From contig JBBTRA010000006.1 of assembly GCA_038065415.1 (NCBI GenBank), positions 15,262 to 79,261 on the forward strand: 64,000 nt of DNA. The letters are read 5' to 3'. The notes beneath the pieces are model-generated. The model was given only the letters and a program-made list of their open reading frames with translations, did not search any database and was not told the DNA's origin. A program made the position numbers and the translations under genes. This DNA comes from Patescibacteria group bacterium. Lineage in GTDB: Bacteria > Patescibacteriota > Minisyncoccia > Phycocordibacterales > PALSA-1337. Of this stretch, positions 29,242-38,932 are shown piece by piece (the stretch's first letter is position 1; each line of letters begins with the position of its first letter).

Positions 29242-29276
29242 ATGCAAAAGGCCGCATTTGTTGCGGCTTTTTGCAT
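29242..29276 (+). terminator. Intrinsic terminator after fusA
   Basis: ATGCAAAAGGCCGCA...TGCGGCTTTTTGCAT. Confidence 0.75.
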
Positions 29277-29373
29277 GTAAGAAGGCTGTATATCAGGCGT
29301 CTTGTATCTACAGTGGCAACATGCCATAGTAATTACGGTGTCGGTTATCAGATGTAATATCTATATCTATTCT

Positions 29374-30039
29374 ATGACTATCTCAAACAAGAATGTGGCA
29401 CGATTGAGCGGGCTTATTTTCGGAGCAATGCTCGCGCTCGTAGCTTCGTCGTCGGTACAAGCGGCCGAAATAGCCGTTTCGGGTGTGTCCACAGACGTCA
29501 AAGCAACTATGCAACTCGGTCTCTCGTCGACATCTACAGGTCCAGGGGCAAATGTTGATGCTGCTGGGGATGTTCGTGTCTATAAGGGCGATAGCTCAAG
29601 CAGTACAGCCAACGATAAGAACAACAATCAGGAAACTTCTACTGATGTGGATCTTGCTGCAACAGTTCAGTCAGATGAAAATGTGACCAAGGTGGAGAGC
29701 GACGATGAGTCCGTGAGCTTGTGGTACAAAGTTCCTGCCAAGCTTTTCGGTTTCATACCGATGGGTATGACCGTGAGGACTACCGTTGGGGCTGCTGGCG
29801 AGGTGAAAGTCTCACATCCGTGGTATTCATTCCTTGTCAGTTCTGAGGATGATGATGCCGAAGCAGTCATTCAGACTGAGGTTAATGCAACACTGGGTGC
29901 GTCAGGAACAACTACTGACGGGGATGCCAAGCTGACCGGTGCCGCCAAGGCTGCATTTGTAAAGGCTATTCACAGTGGTCTCAAGAGTACGGTTGGAGCA
30001 CAAGCCTCAGTTGATGCGTCAGCAGGAGCTTCGTATTAG
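29374..30039 (+). CDS. Secreted hypothetical protein
   Basis: Signal peptide ending VQA; KLFGFIP...VSHPWYSFL segment. Confidence 0.7.
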   Translation: MTISNKNVARLSGLIFGAMLALVASSSVQAAEIAVSGVSTDVKATMQLGLSSTSTGPGANVDAAGDVRVYKGDSSSSTANDKNNNQETSTDVDLAATVQSDENVTKVESDDESVSLWYKVPAKLFGFIPMGMTVRTTVGAAGEVKVSHPWYSFLVSSEDDDAEAVIQTEVNATLGASGTTTDGDAKLTGAAKAAFVKAIHSGLKSTVGAQASVDASAGASY

Positions 30040-30190
30040 TCGTCTGGGGATAACTCGAGTTGTCAGAATTTCGGAGAGTGGTACAATATCACCACTACCC
30101 AAGACATGTCTCAGACGAGACATGTCTTTCTCCGTTATCTGAGTACGACGGAGAGAGTTCATTAACAAGATCGTAACCCAATCAAAAAAT

Positions 30191-30310
30191 ATGTTGATCA
30201 ATCATAAGGCAGCGTTTTCAAAGAGAGATTTTCAGTACATTATGACTCTCACAGCGCTCGCATGGATTACATTCACTATGCCAGCAGTTCAGGCAGCTAT
30301 CGCGGGATAA
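30191..30310 (+). CDS. 39-aa hydrophobic peptide (not in ORF track)
   Basis: MLINHKAAFSKRDFQYIMTLTALAWITFTMPAVQAAIAG after TTGTCA/TACAAT boxes and a hairpin leader. Confidence 0.45.
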   Translation: MLINHKAAFSKRDFQYIMTLTALAWITFTMPAVQAAIAG

Positions 30311-30413
30311 TCCCCGTCGCTGTTTGTGGGGAGGGAAGGGGAGAGCTATACTGGTGCAAGTAACATGTGTCGCTTTATCAAAATAGGTTCAGTAGTGTTT
30401 CTAATTTTATAGA

Positions 30414-33400
30414 ATGAAAAAATCAATCTTCTCGTTCGTCATCCCGCTCGCGCTCTTCTCGCTGGCGGTTTTTGCTGCACCGGGGAACGTTGGGGCGCAG
30501 ACCTATGAATGTCCGGTAGGGTATACGTGCGTTCCTGCGAGCACGAGCACTCCTACTATAACAGTACTTTCACCTAGTGGAGGAGAGGTGTATTCACTTG
30601 GTAAAGGAATACTCGTGACATGGACAAGTCAAAATATAGCATCAGACCAGTCTATGACTATTGGGTTGCGAAATACGGCGACGGGCAAAGATTACTGGGT
30701 AGCGGATACTCTCAATGATGGTAACGAGATTATTTCCGTAGAGAAGGTGTCAGAAGCTTTAGAAGCCGGCATGTATAAGTTATTTATAAAAACAGCCATT
30801 TTTATTAATGGCGATAGTATTCATGGTTGGAGCAATTCATTTACCCTGACCTCTTCGACAAATCCCCCGACTGTCCCTTCGGTTTCCGTATTCTCCCCAA
30901 AAGCCGGCGAGATACTGGTTCAGGGTACACAAATACACATAGGTTGGAAAATGAACCAGTTTCCGTTGACTCAAAAATTGAGGATTGATCTTATGGTAGT
31001 TTTGGGAGATGCTCAAAATGGCAATATTGGCAAACAAATAGCGCTCGATGTTCCTAATACTGGCTCCTACGTCTGGACCGTGAAGTCGATAGAGCCTTTC
31101 TTTGATTCTGAATCCAATAGGATGGTAACTCCTATAGGTAAATATACGATTATGGTTTCTTGTGCGTATAATGAAGCGGGGTGTAATATGACACCGAACT
31201 TCATAGAAAGTGGAGTATTTAATATCGCCTTCCCAGTTACCCCTGTCCCTTGCTACACCTTCTCCACTAACCTTCAGCTCGGTTCACGGGGCGCTGATGT
31301 CGCTGCTCTGCAGACATTCTTGGTTGCTAAGGGCTTCAAGATTTCTGATCTCTCGGTCGGCCGCGGTTCCGAAAAGGGTTATTTTGGTCGCTCTACTTTC
31401 GAGGCACTCAAGAAATATCAAGAGAGCGTTGGCCTTCCAGCAACAGGATTCTTTGGTCCTCTGACACGAGCCAAGGTTAATGCGGACTGTTCAAATCCGT
31501 CGCCAGCTGAAGTTACGCTCACTGCTCTTCAGGTTGGGTACGAAGGCCAGTATCCCGCCTTCACCATATCTGCATCGTCTGCAAATAAGGTTCCAAGCTA
31601 TTGGGATTTGAAACTGGACTGCCCTAAGGGGGTCGACGCGATGATGAAGGGGGGAGGATGCGGTGCAACCTCACGTTTCATGGGATCTCTGCTCAACCTG
31701 ACATCTCTCACATTCAATAATCCAGGTAGGACCGAGGCGAGAGTTACCGTTACGGCGTCAGCCTATGACACTGCGGGTGCGCGCATCGGTCAAGCGAGCA
31801 TGCCTATAGTTGTTCCGGTCAATACGACTTTGAGCAAGAACTCAGTTAAGGTTACTCGTCCAGCAGCCGGTGAAGTGCTGAGCACAGGTATGCAGTACAA
31901 GATCGTTTGGACCACAAACTCTCTCGACAAAGACGCACTCTTTGACATCACATTGTTTGCAGACAATGGAAAAGGTTTGATTGCAGAAGGTCTTACGACG
32001 GCGCAGGCGAGCTGTACAGGCGTGAATTTTGAGAAAAAAGGAGGCCCTCTCTATACCTGTATTACAGGGTGGACACCGACCGAAGGGTCAGTGAAGGCTC
32101 AACTTGCTGTTAGCAAGCGCGGTACGAGCGAAGTTGGATATTCGGGTAGCTTTTCCATAGCATTCCCAGTGACTCCAGCAATAAACCTCGTGTCGATTCC
32201 GAATAGCTCAACTATTCCAAATAGTTTTGACTACGTTATTACTTCTGCGGGATCTGCATTTGATCGGATTGTGTTGCGTGCGGAATGTAATGACGGAGAA
32301 ATTTCTATTGGATCAAAGGGGGGTATGTTCTGCGGAGAGAATATTACAATAAATCTCACCGCCCCGGCAGGCAGGTATGTATTTCCGGTCACTTTCGAAA
32401 GCAAGGATGGCAAGAGCCATACAGTTGGAATGACTGTGACGGCGTACACAGGTGCTAGTATCGTAGGTGCGGACAAGGACGCTGTGACTGTCACTCCATC
32501 TACAAATCCACCAAAGCCTGCCATTCACACAATTATTTCGCCTAATGGAGGTGAGACCTACAATACAGGCGACACCGTTAACATCAAGTGGAGCCCTTCG
32601 GGAACTTCTGGTGATACAGTGAAGATCGAAGTCGGCTATGTTCATCCTGATAGCACCTATCCTGGTGGCACATATGTAGAGGATTGGATTATTGATAAAA
32701 CCGCGAATACAGGATCCTACAGTTGGGTCATACCTGAATATTATGGTACCGGTATCCGTACAGGTTCATTCTCAATCAAAGTTACTTCTGTCGCGAATGG
32801 CATGGATTATTCGGACAATAAGTTCACTATAAAACAGGGTGTTAACAGGCCAAACATAGTTGTTTCAAAGCCGGCTAACGGTGATGTGTATAAGAAGGGA
32901 GCTACGGTAAATATAGTGTGGCCATCTTCAGGTGATTCATATGGTGCTTCGTTGTTGAGGGTTGAGGATCCGTTGTTCCTCAGGTTTATGCTCAATACCG
33001 GAGGACTGAATGGTAATCTCACGTGGACGGTGCCTACGGATATACCAGATGCAAAGGATTACTACATACGAATAAACGAAGGAGTGTACCGCAATAAGAC
33101 AGGGTACAGTGGTATCTTCTCTGTTGGTTCAGATGTGCCTCCAGCTCAACCTACCATCAATGTTGTCACCCGTCTTGGTGGCCGTGTCTTGTCTTCGAGC
33201 GCTACAAATCCATGCGTGTCGAGCCTTGCTGGTCCGACAGGGAACAATACTGCAGGCTGTGTACGCACACTCACCAATCAGGCTCCTGGTACATACTCGG
33301 TAGTCTGGTACGGTGGGTATCCTGCAGGAGCTGATACGAGCAAGAAGCCAGTCATCACAGGAGCCCAGACGCTCGGTAGCAGTCCGATAACCTTCTACAT

Positions 33401-33500
33401 TGACTTCAGTCCAAAGCCGATCATCGAGGTCTACAATGGATCGAGCATATCTGCTTCTATCTGGGATGCAATCAATGAGTACTGGGAGAATAACCCATAA
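30414..33500 (+). CDS. Large secreted surface protein with a peptidoglycan-binding domain and repeated Ig-like modules
   Basis: Signal peptide; LQLGSRGADVAALQTFL...GFFGPLTRAKVN; five (S/R/K)PxxG(E/D)...W modules. Confidence 0.8.
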   Translation: MKKSIFSFVIPLALFSLAVFAAPGNVGAQTYECPVGYTCVPASTSTPTITVLSPSGGEVYSLGKGILVTWTSQNIASDQSMTIGLRNTATGKDYWVADTLNDGNEIISVEKVSEALEAGMYKLFIKTAIFINGDSIHGWSNSFTLTSSTNPPTVPSVSVFSPKAGEILVQGTQIHIGWKMNQFPLTQKLRIDLMVVLGDAQNGNIGKQIALDVPNTGSYVWTVKSIEPFFDSESNRMVTPIGKYTIMVSCAYNEAGCNMTPNFIESGVFNIAFPVTPVPCYTFSTNLQLGSRGADVAALQTFLVAKGFKISDLSVGRGSEKGYFGRSTFEALKKYQESVGLPATGFFGPLTRAKVNADCSNPSPAEVTLTALQVGYEGQYPAFTISASSANKVPSYWDLKLDCPKGVDAMMKGGGCGATSRFMGSLLNLTSLTFNNPGRTEARVTVTASAYDTAGARIGQASMPIVVPVNTTLSKNSVKVTRPAAGEVLSTGMQYKIVWTTNSLDKDALFDITLFADNGKGLIAEGLTTAQASCTGVNFEKKGGPLYTCITGWTPTEGSVKAQLAVSKRGTSEVGYSGSFSIAFPVTPAINLVSIPNSSTIPNSFDYVITSAGSAFDRIVLRAECNDGEISIGSKGGMFCGENITINLTAPAGRYVFPVTFESKDGKSHTVGMTVTAYTGASIVGADKDAVTVTPSTNPPKPAIHTIISPNGGETYNTGDTVNIKWSPSGTSGDTVKIEVGYVHPDSTYPGGTYVEDWIIDKTANTGSYSWVIPEYYGTGIRTGSFSIKVTSVANGMDYSDNKFTIKQGVNRPNIVVSKPANGDVYKKGATVNIVWPSSGDSYGASLLRVEDPLFLRFMLNTGGLNGNLTWTVPTDIPDAKDYYIRINEGVYRNKTGYSGIFSVGSDVPPAQPTINVVTRLGGRVLSSSATNPCVSSLAGPTGNNTAGCVRTLTNQAPGTYSVVWYGGYPAGADTSKKPVITGAQTLGSSPITFYIDFSPKPIIEVYNGSSISASIWDAINEYWENNP

Positions 33501-33572
33501 AAAGTCTTAAGGTGATCGTCGAACCCCCGCTTTGTTGCGGGGGTTTTCGTTACAAGGTAGACTGTAGCGACT

Positions 33573-34184
33573 ATGCAGAACAATAATCAATCGAAATTGC
33601 AGGCGTACATATTCATCGGACGATCCGGGTGTGGCAAGGGTACACAGTCAGAACTCTTGACCAAGAAATTGAGAGAGTCTGACTCGAATATCAAGATATT
33701 GCATATCGAGAGCGGCAATGAGCTTCGCAAATTTGCCAAGGAGGAGAATTATACAGCCATTCAAGTCAAGAAAATCCTCTCAGAAGGAGGTTTGATGCCA
33801 GAATTCATCCCGGGATATTTGTGGGGCAAACTGTTCGTGGATGGATTCACGGGGAATGAGACATTGATATTCGATGGGACACCTCGCAAGCTCCTTGAGG
33901 CGAAGATCCTTGATTCACTTTTTCCTTTTTATGATATCGATAAGCCGTGGGTTGTCTATCTCGACGTGAACCACGAGGAGTCGACCAAGCGTCTCAAGGG
34001 ACGTGGTCGATCTGATGATACTGAAGAGGCAATCAAGAGGCGTATGGAGTGGTATGAGAACGATGTTAGGCCTTCGGTTGAGTTCTACCGTGCCAATCCC
34101 AATGTGAGATTTGTCGACATCGATGGTCATCGACCTATTGACGAAGTACATGCCGATATTGTAAAAAAGGTCGGTTTGGTGTAA
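33573..34184 (+). CDS. adk: Adenylate/NMP kinase (short lid)
   Basis: GRSGCGKGTQ, FDGTPR, RGRSDD; next to map. Confidence 0.85.
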   Translation: MQNNNQSKLQAYIFIGRSGCGKGTQSELLTKKLRESDSNIKILHIESGNELRKFAKEENYTAIQVKKILSEGGLMPEFIPGYLWGKLFVDGFTGNETLIFDGTPRKLLEAKILDSLFPFYDIDKPWVVYLDVNHEESTKRLKGRGRSDDTEEAIKRRMEWYENDVRPSVEFYRANPNVRFVDIDGHRPIDEVHADIVKKVGLV

Positions 34185-34194
34185 TTTTGAGGGT

Positions 34195-34962
34195 GTGATA
34201 ACCATCAAGACCAAAGAAGACATCTCCATACTCCGTGAAGGGGGTAAGCGTCATGCCTATATACTCAAAGAGGTCGCTAAGCTGGCGAAACCTGGTGTGC
34301 ACGTAGCAAAGCTTGACGAGAAAGCTGTGGAACTCATCCATGAAGGAGGGGATACTGCGGCGTTTTTGAACTATCAGCCATACGGCGCATCTCGTCCGTA
34401 TCCAGCAACTCTGTGCGTCTCGATCAACGATGAGATCGTGCACGGTATACCAACTGAGGGAGACAAGGTGCTCAAGGCGGGCGATATTGTCAGTATCGAC
34501 CTGGGATTGATCCATAAGGAGCTCATCACTGATGGTGCTATAACAGTTGCGGTAGGTAAAGTTGCTCCGGAACTCGAGAAGCTTCTCATGGTAACCAAAG
34601 AAGCGCTCATGGCAGGTATCAAGGCTGCAAAGGCTGGGGCGCGAGTGGGAGATATCAGTAATGCCATACAGAAGATCGGTGTTGCTCATGAATACGGTAT
34701 AGTCGAAGAATTGGCAGGACATGGTGTCGGCTATCATGTTCACGAAGATCCCTATGTGCCAAATTTCGGGCGTGCCGGAAAAGGTGATCTCCTGAAAGAG
34801 GGGATGGTGATCGCTATTGAGCCTATGTTCAATCTGGGCACCAAGAAGATCAAGCTCGATACTGATGGATATACCTACAGGACGGCTGATGGAAGTCCGA
34901 GTGCGCATTTTGAGCATACCGTGGTCATCACCAAGAGTGGTGCAGAGATTTTGACTGCGTAG
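34195..34962 (+). CDS. map: Methionine aminopeptidase type I
   Basis: SINDEIVHGIP, GHGVG..HEDP, AIEPM, SAHFEHT. Confidence 0.97.
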   Translation: MITIKTKEDISILREGGKRHAYILKEVAKLAKPGVHVAKLDEKAVELIHEGGDTAAFLNYQPYGASRPYPATLCVSINDEIVHGIPTEGDKVLKAGDIVSIDLGLIHKELITDGAITVAVGKVAPELEKLLMVTKEALMAGIKAAKAGARVGDISNAIQKIGVAHEYGIVEELAGHGVGYHVHEDPYVPNFGRAGKGDLLKEGMVIAIEPMFNLGTKKIKLDTDGYTYRTADGSPSAHFEHTVVITKSGAEILTA

Positions 34963-34971
34963 TCTGATTAC

Positions 34972-35081
34972 AGACGCAAGAGAGCACACTGTTTTCTGAG
35001 TGGTTATGTCGTGTCGGTACACTACACATCAGTATACCGTTCTGCATAACCACTCAGAAAACAGTGTGCTCTCTTGCGTCT
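34972..35081. repeat. Perfect 37-bp inverted repeat around a 36-nt core (copy 1)
   Basis: Arms 34972-35008 and 35045-35081 are exact reverse complements. Confidence 0.95.
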
Positions 35082-35108
35082 CTGTACAACTAGTCCTACA
35101 ATGACCCC

Positions 35109-35717
35109 ATGACAACACACCCCAAAAAAGAACGTACGCTCGTAATCATTAAGCCTGATGGTATTCAGAGGACCCTCATCGCAGAACTCATCGGTCGGTA
35201 TGAACGCATTGGCCTCAAGATGGTCGGTATCAAGATGATGGTTCCAACGGCCGAGCTCATCGAGAAACACTATACTCTTGATTCGGAATGGCGCGTGAAG
35301 ACGGGTCTCAAAACCATAAAAGGGTACACCGATAAAGGGCTGACGCCTCCGGAGATGGATCCGCTCAAGATTACCGCCAAGATATTGACTCGACTCGTGG
35401 AATACATGACCAAAGGACCTGTCATTGCTATCGTATGGGAAGGTGCTCACGCAGTCGAAGTTGTGAGGAAACTCACGGGAAGTACCGAACCGGTTACTTC
35501 TGATGTCGGAACGATTCGCGGTGACTTGGTGCTCGACTCGTATCGTATGAGCGATGCTGATAATCGTTCCATCAGGAACCTCGTGCATGCATCTGGCACG
35601 GTCAAAGAAGCTGAAGATGAGATTGCGCACTGGTTCAAGAAAGAAGAACTCATCGATTACCATCTCGTCATGGAGCATATCGTCTACGATGTCGCTCTGG
35701 ATGACATACTCGGGTAA
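35109..35717 (+). CDS. ndk: Nucleoside diphosphate kinase
   Basis: ERTLVIIKPDG, GTIRGD, RNLVHAS. Confidence 0.96.
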   Translation: MTTHPKKERTLVIIKPDGIQRTLIAELIGRYERIGLKMVGIKMMVPTAELIEKHYTLDSEWRVKTGLKTIKGYTDKGLTPPEMDPLKITAKILTRLVEYMTKGPVIAIVWEGAHAVEVVRKLTGSTEPVTSDVGTIRGDLVLDSYRMSDADNRSIRNLVHASGTVKEAEDEIAHWFKKEELIDYHLVMEHIVYDVALDDILG

Positions 35718-35807
35718 TGTGAGCTGTCAACATTGTCTCGTGAGGGAAAAGATGTCGTAACTGCACTGTGCACTTGCACTCTTGAATGAGAGGAATACAA
35801 TGAGTAC

Positions 35808-35944
35808 AGGTTACGAAGTATTAAATCCTATACCACATCTTTCGGGAGTCCAACGAATGCTTTGCATTCACATTAGATCGCACCTTGGTGTTGATCTTGC
35901 GGGCACCCACCTAGTGTAACTAGGTTAATAATACTTCGTAGCCG
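35808..35944 (+). ncRNA. ssrS: 6S RNA (compact)
   Basis: 15-bp closing stem 35809-23/35929-43; GGGAG and GCACCCACCT..AGGTT motifs recalled from Bacillus-type 6S; TTGCAC/TACAAT promoter and terminator at 35951-35976. Confidence 0.7.
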
Positions 35945-36008
35945 ATCAAGAACCGTCCTCCAGAGGACGATTTTTGATTTATGGGACAAAAACGCATATA
36001 CTTACCCA

Positions 36009-36383
36009 ATGCGCACATATTTTTTCGCCCTCGTTATCCTCTCTGCAGTTCTCCTTGCGCATATGTTCGGACTCACCGGTGCATATGTAGATATAGATGG
36101 GTATGACATCATGATGCATATCCTGGGAGGAGTCGGTATCGGTCTTTTTGTAGCAGCTATCCTGAAACTTCATGGGCAACATGTGAAGCATCCACGATTG
36201 ACTATCATTTTTTGGGTGATTATCGCGGGACTTCTGTGGGAGTTTTTTGAGATATATTATGACCTCATCGGATATCCATTTGGCACCAAGGGGTATTGGG
36301 TCGACACGATCAAAGATATGATCGACGATACTATCGGGGGAGCTGTCGTGGCCTGGATAACAAATAGAAAACACGGAGTTTAG
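36009..36383 (+). CDS. Small membrane protein (DUF2238/VanZ-like)
   Basis: YDIMMH, LLWEFFE, DTIKD motifs with four TM. Confidence 0.7.
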   Translation: MRTYFFALVILSAVLLAHMFGLTGAYVDIDGYDIMMHILGGVGIGLFVAAILKLHGQHVKHPRLTIIFWVIIAGLLWEFFEIYYDLIGYPFGTKGYWVDTIKDMIDDTIGGAVVAWITNRKHGV

Positions 36384-36403
36384 TCCGAATAACGCATACG
36401 ATC

Positions 36404-37783
36404 ATGTCTACGAAACCAAGCATCACATTTTTCACCGGCGTCAGTACTGTCACCGGTGCAAACTTTTTGCTCGATACGGGGAGTTCGAGGATACTCATCG
36501 ATTGCGGTATGGTGCAAGGGGAGCGATTTGCTACGGAAGAGAATGCCAAGCCATTTGGGTACGATGTGTCATCTATCGACGCCCTCATCATCACTCATGC
36601 GCACCTGGACCATGTGGGCAGGATCCCAAAGCTGGTGAAAGAGGGGTATCAAGGTCCGATCTACTCAACTCCAGTTACCCGCGAACTGGCCGAGCTTGTG
36701 TTGAGCGATGCGGTGGGTATCTTGGCTATGGATGCCAAGCAAAATGGTACGCTTCCTATGTATGATACCGAGGATGTACAGGCTACATTTCCGCTCTGGA
36801 AGACGATACCGTATCATGAGCAGACTGATATAACGGATGATGTCTCGGTGTTCTTGAAAGATGCGGGGCATATCCTGGGATCTGCGATGATTGAAGCGAG
36901 CATCAAGAGTCCAGGCAAAAATCCTTTGAAGGTACTTTTCACCGGTGATGTTGGCAATTCGCCAGCTCCACTCTTGTGTGACACGGAAACAGTAGGGGAT
37001 GTGGACTATATGGTGATGGAGAGCGTCTACGGCGACCGCAATCACGAGTCGAGAGCGCAAAGACTCGACCAGTTCACCAAAGTTATCAATGACACTTTGA
37101 ATCGTGGTGGCACACTAGTTATCCCTGCATTTTCGATTGATCGTACGCAACTACTTCTCTATGAGCTCAACAATTTGGTCGAGAAGAAACTGATTCCTTC
37201 AGTTCCTGTGTTCGTAGATTCTCCGATGGCCATCAAGGCGACGCAGGTGTATCAGGCTAATACAGAGCTTTTCAATGATGGGGTCAAGAAACAGATTTCG
37301 GGAGGTGACAATATTTTCGATTTCCCACACTTACAGTTCACTGTATCGCAGAATGAATCTCGTGATATTGAACGACTCAGTGGAGCAAAGATCATTCTTG
37401 CTGGCTCAGGTATGTCGGTGGGTGGCAGGGTGGTGAGCCATGAGGCGGGCTATCTTCCTGATGCTCGGAACACAATACTCCTCGTCGGATATCAGACGGC
37501 AGGATCACTCGGTCGCAAGATTGCTGATGGTTCTAAGGAGGTGACCATCCATGGTCAGAAGGTTCAGGTGAAAGCTCATGTAGAGACTTTGTACGGTTAC
37601 TCTGCACACAAGGATAGTGATCACTTGGTTGATTTTGTTGCTACAGCATCAGATCGGTTGAAGAAGGCCTTTGTGGTGATGGGTGAGCCAAAGGCGGCGA
37701 TGCATCTCGCACAGAGATTGAACGATGAGCTCGACATGGAAGCAGTGGTACCGGAAAGGTTGAAAGAGTACGAGGTCAAATAA
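36404..37783 (+). CDS. MBL-fold beta-CASP ribonuclease
   Basis: THAHLDHVG, AGHILGS, FTGD, MESVYG, YSAH. Confidence 0.93.
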   Translation: MSTKPSITFFTGVSTVTGANFLLDTGSSRILIDCGMVQGERFATEENAKPFGYDVSSIDALIITHAHLDHVGRIPKLVKEGYQGPIYSTPVTRELAELVLSDAVGILAMDAKQNGTLPMYDTEDVQATFPLWKTIPYHEQTDITDDVSVFLKDAGHILGSAMIEASIKSPGKNPLKVLFTGDVGNSPAPLLCDTETVGDVDYMVMESVYGDRNHESRAQRLDQFTKVINDTLNRGGTLVIPAFSIDRTQLLLYELNNLVEKKLIPSVPVFVDSPMAIKATQVYQANTELFNDGVKKQISGGDNIFDFPHLQFTVSQNESRDIERLSGAKIILAGSGMSVGGRVVSHEAGYLPDARNTILLVGYQTAGSLGRKIADGSKEVTIHGQKVQVKAHVETLYGYSAHKDSDHLVDFVATASDRLKKAFVVMGEPKAAMHLAQRLNDELDMEAVVPERLKEYEVK

Positions 37784-37824
37784 AAAACGCCGAGAGATTC
37801 TCGGCGTTTGAGCTGGTGTGGTAG

Positions 37825-38265
37825 TTATTTCGGAATGTAAGATTTTTCGAATATGGAAGGAACATCTTCCCAGCGGTCGAATTCTCGGTATGCGAATCGT
37901 GGCAGGTTGCATTCTGTGATCATGGGAGTGGTCTCGTTTCCACGAGGAGCAACAGCCAAAACGAACGCAGGGTTCGGTTTCATGGTCACGGGGTGCCGGC
38001 GCGTGAGGCAAAATGCGACTTCCATACCCATGCCGGTCGAAGGACTCAGTGTCACAGCGATCATGGCGTCGCAATCCATGCATTGCTTATAGTCCCAGGT
38101 AAAGACAGTTCCTTTTTGAGCTTGCCGGTTGGCATCACTTCTGAAGTCGAGGACGTCATGTCCGCGATCCCGGAGTGTTGTCCTGAGTGTGAAGATACGA
38201 TCTTTCATTTTCACCCATTCCGCCTCGGCCAGGCCTTTGATGGCACATCCGACATATATTTTCAT
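37825..38265 (-). CDS. Nucleoside 2-deoxyribosyltransferase-like protein
   Basis: KIYVG...D...CDAMIA...PSTGMGME. Confidence 0.7.
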   Translation of the reverse strand: MKIYVGCAIKGLAEAEWVKMKDRIFTLRTTLRDRGHDVLDFRSDANRQAQKGTVFTWDYKQCMDCDAMIAVTLSPSTGMGMEVAFCLTRRHPVTMKPNPAFVLAVAPRGNETTPMITECNLPRFAYREFDRWEDVPSIFEKSYIPK

Positions 38266-38338
38266 AATGTTCTTTCTGTTGGTTATCCTTGGCCTAGACT
38301 AGCATCGAATAAGGCTCTGTCAATGGTATGCTATATGC

Positions 38339-38896
38339 ATGATCCTCAAGAATGGAAGGCGGGTACAACTGATCGCTGAAGTGAAGGTATGCTCGCCTTT
38401 TGGTTTTACATCTGAAAAAAGCTGGGATGAACTGTTCATGATTGCTGAAAAAGCGGGCGATATGATTTCTATACATACTGATCCGCGTTGGGGAGGGTCT
38501 TTTGAGTTGATTCGAAAAGCGAAGTCATTGACGCAAAAACCGATTCTCGCAAAGGGAATACATGAGACGGATGATCTGGTTGAACAAGCTGTTCAAGCCG
38601 GCGCGGATCTTGTACTAGTTGTTGGTAGGGTGCCGCAAGTTCACATTGAGAAGTGCGTGATCGAACCCTACTCTTTAGAAGAATTGAAGACGATCCCGTA
38701 TGACATAAAAGTGGTCTGGAATAGCCGTGATCTCAAGACGGGCGGACTGAAAAAGGAGACATTCGAGCAAACTCGAACGATATTTCCTGGTTGGCTGTGT
38801 CAGGCAAGCAATATCAAGACGACCGATGACATCAAAGAAGGTGCAGATGCGGTGTTGGTAGGGGAGAGGTTGGAAGGGTTTGTTGAGTCGTTGTAA
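38339..38896 (+). CDS. Truncated indole-3-glycerol-phosphate synthase-like TIM barrel
   Basis: IAEVK..SP, ISIHTD..WGGS, PILAK, NSRDLKT, GADAVLVGE. Confidence 0.75.
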   Translation: MILKNGRRVQLIAEVKVCSPFGFTSEKSWDELFMIAEKAGDMISIHTDPRWGGSFELIRKAKSLTQKPILAKGIHETDDLVEQAVQAGADLVLVVGRVPQVHIEKCVIEPYSLEELKTIPYDIKVVWNSRDLKTGGLKKETFEQTRTIFPGWLCQASNIKTTDDIKEGADAVLVGERLEGFVESL

Positions 38897-38932
38897 ATAA
38901 AAAATCCCGAGGCATTCTCGGGATTTTTCGTG

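Noticed and set aside
34135-35678. Long antisense ORFs (295 and 218 aa) over map and ndk
   Set aside because: Shadow frames of well-supported genes; the same applies to most other overlapping ORFs in the track.
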